A stretch of DNA of 62,523 bases, filler included, from Platydemus manokwari (Eukaryota): the NCBI GenBank assembly GCA_037951405.1. It is 6 parts of 6 records of this genome, joined end to end, with 100 filler letters (N's around TTAATTAATTAA, not from the genome) between each part and the next. Parts side by side here need not be neighbours in the genome. Positions count along the whole stretch, not along the records: positions 53,030 to 62,523 come from JBBMOY011240874.1; 5 more parts are not named here. The stretch is one strand, 5' to 3'. The notes below the pieces were generated by a model, which was not told where the DNA came from, made no database searches, and saw only the letters and a list, made by a program, of their open reading frames with translations. This document shows, piece by piece, positions 53,030-62,523 of this stretch (within the stretch, counting starts at the first letter, position 1; each line of letters begins with the position of its first letter). Made by a program: the position numbers and the translations under genes.

Positions 53030-54290
53030 CATCTGATTATATGTGATATCAAATTGCATTTTATTGGGTGGACAGTTACTTCTACTTAATATAACTTTTA
53101 ATGATTTTATATATTTATCATTTCCAATATTTTGAATGAACTTTGGATTATTTTTAGTTAAACTAATTTCGGGATCTTTAAAAGCAATTATAATATATCT
53201 CGGTCTATTCTTTAATAAATCTACTTGCCATATATAAGTCTGAGACTCTGGAATACCAATTAGATTTGAAAGTCCATTTGAATAATTAACTTAAATTAGT
53301 TTTGTTTCGTAAAATATTTTATTATCATCCATAAATATGTTTAAGTTTAATTTAATCATCATCAAAAATAATGGTCTATTATAGTTTTCTAAAAACCAAA
53401 ATATGTGTTTTAATGGAAATCGTCATGTGAACCTGTTTTTTTAATTATAAAAGGCTTTTCTTCTCTTAAATCCCCTATTGTCTTTATCTGGATCTTCTTT
53501 AGTTTTATTTGGAATCCGTGATGTCAACTCTCCGGTTTTTCATCAAATTGATCTAATAAAATAAAATTTAACATAATTGATGCTCCTTCAACACTTTCAA
53601 CATTTTCAATTTCGTGTGTACTCAATGTTAATCTCATAGAGTTAAATAAATTAGAAAAGAAATTATTTTCTAAAGTTATATTATGGTTTTCTCATACACC
53701 AACACTATTTTTTGTCTTTTCTAATTTAATCTCAATTTAAAATCTTAAGAAACTATTACAAATATGTAGAGGCTTCTGATAATGCTTTATGATTTAGACT
53801 AAATATTTATGGTTCAATGAAGCCCGGCTTTACGTCATTTTTTGCTAATAATTTATTATTTCAACATTTTTTTCTCCAATAGCTTACAAATTTTTATTTC
53901 CTACTTCAATTGCTAGTTGCTGTTTTCACTCAATAGCTTTTAAATTTTTATTTCCCTCCTCAATTACTAATCGTTTTTTATCTTGATTTTGTACAACGGG
54001 TTCTAATAAAGGTTTAGAAAATTCGATAATACCTGGGTTTCACAAAATTTTTGAATGTAGTTTTTCTTTAGATTCAGTATTTATTTCTGTTTTAAGGAAA
54101 GACTCTTTTTTAATTCTTCTATTCTTTTTTTTATCTTATAACCCGCCATTTTTATTTATAAAATTATGTGTTTAGTTTTCTTCTTAACAACTTCTTTAAC
54201 GCCTTTTTAACTTCCTCTTTTCTTCTTCATTAGCTTTAAACAGATCTGCAAGATTTACATCTTTATCTTTATCAAAAGCTGTATATTTAT
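53030..54290 (-). mobile_element. Maverick/Polinton remnant, left part: ATPase C-terminal tail, Lys-rich ORF and integrase start
   Basis: Minus strand: KYTAFDKDK..., FSKPLLEP, YIWQVDLL (integrase first-Asp motif, ~53220) and PPNKMQFD (second-Asp motif, ~53060). Confidence 0.55.
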
Positions 54291-54299
54291 ATCAAATTC

Positions 54300-56875
54300 T
54301 AAGGGTCCCATATGTAACCCTAATAATACTGATAAAATAGTGGAAACTCAGGAAGTACCAGCCCCAGTGATTAAAGAAGTCAAAATCAAAAAATTCACTA
54401 CGAGGCAAGAAAAAATGCTGATCCTAATGGATAAACAGGCCATTGTGTCGACACCAAAAAGAGTAAACAAGAATCGATCTCTTTCAACCATCCCCAACTC
54501 AAGGTTCTTAGATAGTGAGGAGTACTCCTTATCTTGCACTGCGAGCTACAGAGAGGAGCCTCAATGTCGTATAACGAATGGTTTTCCGGAGACCAGATTG
54601 ATAAATATGTGTCAACACATGTTAAGTTAAATGATTGCATGTTCATCAGTAGCTATGTTGCAGAATTAATTACAAATGAAGCCAATCTCAGTAAAGGTGG
54701 TATCAATCCCTTGAAGCTCACAATATGTAAAACGGTCCTTGGTCCAATTAACGTACGAGACCAACATTAGATGCTACTAGTGATATACCCATTCGGGGAG
54801 GTATACTTGGCCATTGAGTACTGACGAATTCTTAAATGAAGCTGAAATCAAAGTGAAGAGGATATGCAACACACCCAAATACGAAAACATACTATGGAAA
54901 AACTCAAAGATAAAAAGAAACTTCTTTGATAAGAAAGAACGGCAATTACAAAAAAATAACTTTTGACTGCGGCCTATTAATATGTGGCTACATTGATTGC
55001 GTAGCCATTAGCCGATCATGCATAGGCATAGACATCAGTACCATCAGAAGAAATTATAAAGACATTCTATATGCAGACCCAGTGACAAAAATCATAAACA
55101 AGATTTTCATAAAATGTCTAGATAACCGAGAAATACTAGAGGAATGAAAAATATAAACAACATTGATGATACCGAAACCTATGAAAAAAGGTCACTATCA
55201 TCAAGTCAACTCCTGGCGTCCTATTGCTATGCTCGACTGCAGGTATAAATTTCCACAACTATTCTGTATAAACAACTGAAGAATTGGATTGATGAAAACA
55301 ACTTAATACATCCACTCCAGAAGAGCCTAGGTCTAAATGACTGATGTGCCGAACACGGCTTTTTACTTCGAGCCATTATAGAAGAACAGAGCAAGAAAAA
55401 TATCGATAATGTTCACATCGGATTCTTAGACATCGAGGAAGTCTTTCCTTCATTAGATCTTGAAGTGATTATGAAACAAAACTGCTCGATCTCCATGTTT
55501 TTATTCAACATAGTCATCAATCCAATCTATGTAAAAATAGACAACTGTCTTATTGGAGGCCTGATAATTGCAAATCATCGAATTTCATGCCTTGCATATG
55601 CACATGATATAGCAATTATTGCGAAAAAGCAAAATGGTCTCCAAAGGATGATCAATGAAGCATCGGCGCCCGAGTTCCAAATTGGCTTCAAGCTCAAACA
55701 CTCAAAATATGGGCACTTACATAAGGCGGCGGATCTCCTGATCCACAATGAGAAATTCCAACAATCAGTCTAGTAGAGCACTATCACTACCTAGGCTTGA
55801 ACCTCTCTTTGAAGGTACATAATTCAACTGAAGGACTGTTTATCGATATGGAAACACTGATGAATAAACTGTAAAAATGCATTTTATTACCATGGCAGAA
55901 ATTAAGGGCCTTTGACTTGTTCGTTCACACCAAAGTGACTTTCTACATAAGAAATTACTATGTCACATATAGTAGATTACTGCAGTTTGATGTGATGATA
56001 TGAAAATATCTGAAAAAAATCCTTGGCGTACCGAAATCTTGCTTATAGAATTACCTCTATTCAACAAAATCAAACGGTGGTTATGGACTACGAAGCATGA
56101 CGGAAGAGTATTCAATACAATCTATCATCCACAAGTATTATCTATTAACTAGCAAACATAAAATGATTAGGATGACGGCCATACAATCCTTGCGTAAAAG
56201 TGCTGGATTGAATAACCAAGCCGCGACAATCGAAGAAGCATTAGATTGCAATAATTCGCATATTCCCTCAAATGAAAGTAGCAAAACAAAAAGGGGTAGA
56301 GTATCAAATATGCCGCAAAGACAACATATAGCACATATATATTAGAGTTCAACAAAGCCTTACAATCAAAGATTTCATTACGAAAGGAGTGCCACAGTGG
56401 AAACAAAGAAAATCAAAGAAATGTCAAAACTACTGAGACAATATTTTGTACAATCTCACCAATTAAATTGGACTAATCAAATCAAAAATGGACGCTAATG
56501 CAGCTACTCAGAAGCTATTAGTCCAATGTGGTCTAAAGTAGTTTTAAAGGAGCCCCTCACTATTGCTGAATTGAGTTATGAAAATGATAAATAAGATAGC
56601 TCTTGCCTGCATAAAGTCGAATATAAATGCGATCTATGTGCAATGGAAGTTCCATCAGGGAAAAAAGTATGGCAACGAAGGTAGCCTTAAAATAAGGGAA
56701 GAAGATTTCCAAGAAAACATCGACTGGATAACGGAGACAGAATTGAATGAAATGTTGAATTGATTGTATGATTGAACTAGCGAACTGTGATTTATGGATC
56801 GAACGGAAGAAAGAACCATGTACATCCCATATTTTAATGTATGGGTATCTCTAATATCAATATTTATGAATAAAT
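54300..56875 (+). mobile_element. Decayed non-LTR retrotransposon, NeSL/R2-like, with Ulp1 (C48) cysteine protease and RT
   Basis: Ulp1: EWFSGDQIDKY, GPINVRDQH*ML, FDCGLLIC. RT: MIPKP..NSWRPIAML, HPLQK, FLDIEEVF, KQNCSISMFLFN, LAYAHDI, YHYLG, GGYGL. 3' stem-loop cccata-N8-tatggg and AATAAA at 56869. Confidence 0.88.
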
Positions 56876-57340
56876 ATTAGTATAATATGAATATATTAAA
56901 TCTCTATCTTTTTTATTCAATTTAAACAAAATAATGAAATTTGAATTATTAAACAATCATCAAAAATTATTAAGTTTTGTTTTAATAAGATTTCAATTAA
57001 TTTGGCAGTCATGGTTATTGAAGAAACCTCGGACTCTGTCCGGCTTTCCATGGTCTGCATAATGTTCACAGATATCTCTAATACTTAAATCTTTATCAAA
57101 CTTCTCAAATATTTCTATTATACTTTCTTTTGATAATCCATTTTGAAATCCATGATATAAAACTTGATATTCTTCTTGATAAACGGTTTTTCAAAATATT
57201 ATTAAGTTATCATTATCTAGACATCATGTTGTTAATAACATTTTAAAAAGTAATTGAGTTTTACCACAACCAGAACTTTCAACAATTAACATTCTAAAAG
57301 AGGAAGGAGTATTTGATTGATTATTAAATTTAGTTTTATT
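56876..57340 (-). pseudogene. Maverick/Polinton A32-like packaging ATPase, decayed
   Basis: PSSFRMLIVESSGCGKTQLL (Walker A with G->E), KTVYQEEYQ, LIIFDDC (Walker B, ~56960) and NSNFIILFKL. Confidence 0.8.
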
Positions 57341-57414
57341 CCGATTCCAAAAAGCACAATTTTTATATTTTAAAATTGAGAAGACAAATAAATTCAAAAC
57401 CTTATTTAACAAAC

Positions 57415-57605
57415 CAGTTTATCTTAGAATTCTCGGATAAAATCTTCTCATAAATTTTGATATCCTAAAAAACATTTCCAATATAGTTTATCTTGAAATT
57501 CTATAATAATTGAGTCTGATAAATTTTGATATCCTGAAATATATTCCCATCCCACCTCATCTTGTAATTCTCGGATAAAATATTTCGATAAATTTTGATA
57601 TTTTG
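57415..57605 (-). repeat. 69-bp coding repeat (23-aa tryptophan-repeat family), 3 copies
   Basis: ttttgata at 57455, 57524 and 57593. Translation: YQNLSKYFIRELQDEVGWEYISG / YQNLSDSIIIEFQDKLYWKCFLG / YQNL*EDFIREF*DKL. Confidence 0.8.
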
Positions 57606-57629
57606 ATTTATGCAATCTAATATAAGGAT

Positions 57630-57770
57630 TCTTTCATGTATATTTTGTCTACTATAAGGACATTTATCATTTTATATTTCTTATTACATTCTTTTCACAT
57701 ATGACGTTTACAAAAAGTAATCAGAAATGTATCACCACAATGTATTCACGGCAATTTTCTGATTTTTTAA
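57630..57770 (-). pseudogene. RING-finger-like remnant within the Maverick
   Basis: Frameshifted ENC...CKRHICE..C...DKCPYSRQ pattern. Confidence 0.35.
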
Positions 57771-60700
57771 GTAATAGTTTTCCATTTCCCCCAATAAATT
57801 TTAATTTTTTTCCATATACATTTTGGGGGTTATTTTCAAGTGTTATTTTTAATATTTTAACAATTTTTTTTGTCAGATTTCTAATAAGGAAAATTCTGAA
57901 TCTAATAATTCAAGACACAAAAAAAATCTTATATGAGTGGTATGAATGGTTCGATTGGTACGAGTATGAAAAATATGAATGGTACTAATTATACGAGTAT
58001 GCCAAAGAAGGAACTTCGTTCGCAGGACTTTGTCTAAAAAGCAAGAAATTAAGGGGTTTTGAATGGAATGGAAGCGATATACAAGACGCAATTACAAATT
58101 TTAGAGTTTTTAAATTACAGTTTTTAAATAAATTTAGTAATGATTGCCATCCAGGAAATCACATTAAAAAGTATGAATTCTTTGAAAAAATAATCCTGTT
58201 CATAATGATACGGATCAAAATGAGCTCGAGTGTTGATTCAAAGTCAATACTAGTGTTATTGAAATTTCTATCATCTGACATACGAGGAACTTTGTTCAAC
58301 AATGCGACATCTTCAAATTGCCGGAACTTCATCTACTACTTCAATTGAGAAATCTTTCGAAGGATCTCATGTACAGACTGATCTCTAGTAAAAACGATGG
58401 GGAATAAATGGACAATCCGCAGCAAGTTTTCTAAGTTCGTTATGATAAGAATATGGAAACTGTTCAGAGACTAAATGTTGGTGAGCACGAAGGGTTTAAG
58501 CACCTCTAATGATTGTTTAAGATATAATATAATTTAAAATTGAAAGTTATTAGTATACGCAAGGAAAATATCTTCAAAAACATTTAGAAAATTATAATGA
58601 AACTGGAAAATTAGATATACCACAAATTCCAACAGTAAATCATCAACCTATAAATAGAATAGATTCAATAGCAATACAACAAGATGTTAATTATATTTCA
58701 AAAGATTTACCTTTTTTCAATTTGAAAAAGCTTTTTATTATTATTCAAAAATATCGAAAACTAAAAAAATAAATGTACACTGTTTATGATTAATTTATTT
58801 TTCGATTAATCAATTATTATGTTTCGGGTGATTATTATTCAATAATATTGCTCATCATCAAGTTAGTATCTTTAAGTCTGGATTATGACAAAATGAAGGG
58901 TTCCAAAAGATGTTGTATGTAATATAAGTAAAACATAAATGAAGAATACGTAAACAATACATTTAAAAATTTTAAATGTTGCGAATATATATCGTTGAAT
59001 CATTTGTTTATTATGATTTCTGTTGAATTGGGATTTCAACACTGATCAATTTTTTCTTCAAAAATTTTGTTCAATTTTTTCGTCGAATTTGACTTGTATT
59101 TTACTCAGATCATCACCATCAATATTCATAAATTAAAAACTTTCAGTTCTATCGATTAAATATATTATTATAAAATAAAAAAATTAACCGTAAATTAATC
59201 ATTAGGTATAAATCATGATTTTAAAAAATGGAGATCTGTAATTATCAGTTCTTAATATATGGAAATTCGTGGTTTTCCAGAATTTTCAAAATCATGAACC
59301 AATAAATTTAATGATGTTTTATTAATATTTCACTAATAAGACGCATTATTATGTCTCTGAATGTCATGATTTTTCCAAAAATTTCGCAATAGCCAACCAA
59401 AAATGTATTGGTAATTTATTAATAATTTATTAATAAGAAGCACTAACATGTCTCTGAATGTCTCATATTTAAGGAAATATTAAAATAAATTTTGAAATGA
59501 ATGCAATGTCCAGTAAAGAAATCCAGTAAAATAGTCATTATAACTTGAAAATTTCAGAAAATATATCAAAATGGAGTCTTGATTGAAATATAAATTAGTA
59601 TTAAATATGAAATTATTGTTATATTCAGTGTTGCAGACAAGTTTTAACATTATCAAGCACTTAATGCAGCATTGATTACTTAAAGCTGATCGGGAATTTA
59701 TTAGTTCCTCTTCCAACAATATTTTCACAGATTAAACTATTTTGATATTAAACATACTCGAATGCTTTATTATAAGCAAGTCAACTTATTGTTGATTTAC
59801 ATTTCTCAAACTCATCTTAATCTTAGATAACCTTAGATAATATTTTATCACTTAAATAAACGAGACATTAAATGGAGATAAAGCCAATTTAATTGCTTAC
59901 TAGAAATTAGAAATTATAGTTGTTTCAAAATTTGACCTGAGCAATGATCGCCGTACGAAATTTAATTAAAAACCATTCTAAAACTTAATGATTTATTTAT
60001 TACTTATCATATTCTGGCCAGAGTTTTCTCGTAGTTCTTAATTCATAGTAAAATAATTCACAATGAAATAAATATTTATTTATTTAATATTCCTCTTTGA
60101 CATTGACAAACTGTTCAAGGCAGCCAAAAGGCACTCAAAAATAGAATTAAAGTTTTGTAGAAAAGTAGACTTATAACGTGATGTATAAGTTTATTATATC
60201 ATTAATGTATAACAAATAATGAATAACAAAACAATTATGTATAAAAAGACGTCGTAACAATCAGAAAGAAATTCTCACGTAGTAGCATAATATTGTATCC
60301 GTGATAAATGGGTTAACACTATTACTAATTACTTCTCATAATTATTTTGAAACTGGAATTTATCCAAATTTTATCTACTCTCAAATTAATAGTAGTTAAT
60401 TTTCGAATAATAATATTGAAAAAATTGCCAAATAAATTTATATAATTAAATAAGAAAAAAGAGATTTAATAACTGAACTATAAATCGGTTTTGTCCATTT
60501 TCCTTCAGGTGTAATACATGTAATTCAAAGAGTAACATTATGTGCTCAATGATACAATAAAAACCCATTGAAAAATTAAAATGTGAAAAATTCACAAAAG
60601 TAATAGGTCAACTTTTGTTAAATAATATTATAACTGATAAAGATGGCGAATAGAGGCCATCTATTCACCATATAGATATATAACAACTCATACATTCTCA

Positions 60701-62159
60701 CAGTAATAATAAAATTACAAATAAGACAATCGATTTCTGCAGGTAATGAAGCAATAGAACAAGAGATTAATTTATCTGTGTCTAAGTCATGGATATCTTA
60801 TGTGAAAGTAAATTCAATAAAAATTAGAGAAAATTTCCAGAGAAAAGAAAAGAAATCGAAAAATAATAACCATATTTATTCTCGAGTGACAAATCGAGAC
60901 ACTATTTGGATATAAATTTAGGTCACCAAATTAAGCGTTTAACAAATAAATTTTAATATTTATATTGATTTTCTTTAATAGTTTTTTAGTATTTAGACAT
61001 ATGCTTAATGTTGTTTTTTGGCCTCGAAATTCTCAATTTATATTAAGATAAATAGAATGACGCACATAATATTTTTTGACACAAATCCTATTTATACTTC
61101 TTTGTCAATTTCAACGGCTAATTTAATAATTTTATCAGTCTTCTTATCTTCTAATTTTATTCCAAAATACTAACAAAAAAGATGATTATTCACAATTAAA
61201 TATTTATTTTAAAATCGTGATTCCTGACAGCCAACTCGTTTTATAAATAAATTATTTATTGCACATAACCGATAAACAAAATTTAATACATTTATACAAC
61301 TCGAATTTTAATACTACAATATACACTTAAACGTTGAAGTCAATGTGCAACAATTCATGGTAAAAGACTATAGACCAAAAAGCCCCTTTGTCGATATTAT
61401 AGAATTGTCTCTGTAAGATATTGGGGCAACGCTCGAATATTGAACAACAGATCTTTTTTATTAACAGGCTAATGGTTTCGAAAATAAACGAGTAAGAACA
61501 TCAACTGTTCACTGCCTTTTAAACTAGTTGCTAAGCCAAGAGGAATAAAGGATTATTTTTCAAAATATGGACTACATTTCCAGTGTTTTATTATTATTAT
61601 TATTTGGTGGCAATGGGTTAAATAAAACTGATATTATCGTCGAATTATCGCTACCCGGGTATTATTGTCAACAAAAACTATCATTATTATTTCCATCAAA
61701 TATGTTGCTCATTCACTAATCTTGTTTGCATATTAGTTATAATTTTAACTCTAAATTTTCAAGGTTGTGACACACAAAATGAATATGAATGAAAAAGATA
61801 AGAAATTAATATTCCAAATAACCATTCCAGAATTTTTCCAAAGCATTTAATAAAATTGTCTGCTAATACCATACAACGATAGCTATTTATATACAGCGAT
61901 AACTACTGTCATGCATTAAATCATCAAAAATTCATTCAAATTTAATTTTTAGAGTTAAATTTTGGAAAATACTTATTCAAATTGATCATCCAGAATTGAC
62001 CTTGACTCTGTCACACTAAAAAAATGTCATAATCATTCCTCAATTGGCCATCAAATTTAAACGTTAATAAATGAATTAAAAAGTAAGCATCTTTTTATAT
62101 GGTACCAACATTCTTTTAAATTCTCCAGTCTGTCAAAATTTTAAATTGTAATCAGTTAT

Positions 62160-62523
62160 TTTGGCTAAAGTAAAGAAAAGAAGTCCTAAAATAAAATGTT
62201 CAATTGCTGAATGAGATGCAAAAGCCTATATAGTTTATTTAATAATATTCTTTTAAAACATTTAGAATTTTCGATTTGAAAACAGAAGAAGAGTTTTATG
62301 AGTCAAATATTAAATACATAATGACTTTTAAATTTTGATTATTTGATAAACGGATCAAATAGGTCGAAATGGAATTTATAGAAAATTATCAAGAATCCTT
62401 TTCTAAAATTTAACAGATAATTCTGACATTCCTTAAAATTTTTTGATAAAAACAAGTAATAGTAGACCATTAAACATGTTTGAAGTTAATCCACTAAATT
62501 TATAATTTGAAAATAATTAAATA
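62160..62523 (+). repeat. Copy of the dispersed repeat family at 12380-13180
   Basis: ctatatagtttatttaat...aaacattt...attttgattatttga...taggtcgaa is shared with 12440-12610. Confidence 0.7.

Noticed and set aside
57930-58500. YEW-type low-complexity ORF and an ELRKLAADC gag-like motif
   Set aside because: Short and isolated; cannot be assigned confidently.

Overview
This is not one locus. It is six unrelated ~10-11 kb contigs of a very AT-rich animal genome, joined by an artificial 100-nt spacer (N44-TTAATTAATTAA-N44) at 11111, 21814, 32756, 42614 and 52930. The 47-53 nt GT-AG introns, AAT runs and multiple TRAF paralogues suggest a triclad flatworm, but that is inference only. Host genes: the 3' end of an FGFR-like receptor tyrosine kinase, an intronless divergent kinesin light chain, two 4-exon TRAF paralogues, a CREBL2-like bZIP exon, the middle of PIKfyve/FAB1, and an orphan secreted protein. 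Most of the rest is decayed mobile DNA: Gypsy, pogo/Tigger, hAT/Charlie, and a Maverick/Polinton interrupted by an Ulp1-bearing NeSL-like LINE. The top finding is a decayed LTR-retroelement family present on two contigs. Its apparent order is LTR-PBS(tRNA-Arg)-Gag (2 zinc knuckles)-unknown domain X-chuvirus-like class III fusion glycoprotein-aspartic protease, which places an env-like gene between gag and pol, probably within one polyprotein. A bacterial-looking ankyrin gene fragment sits at a contig end. All protein identifications come from manual translation and motif recall; no searches were run.
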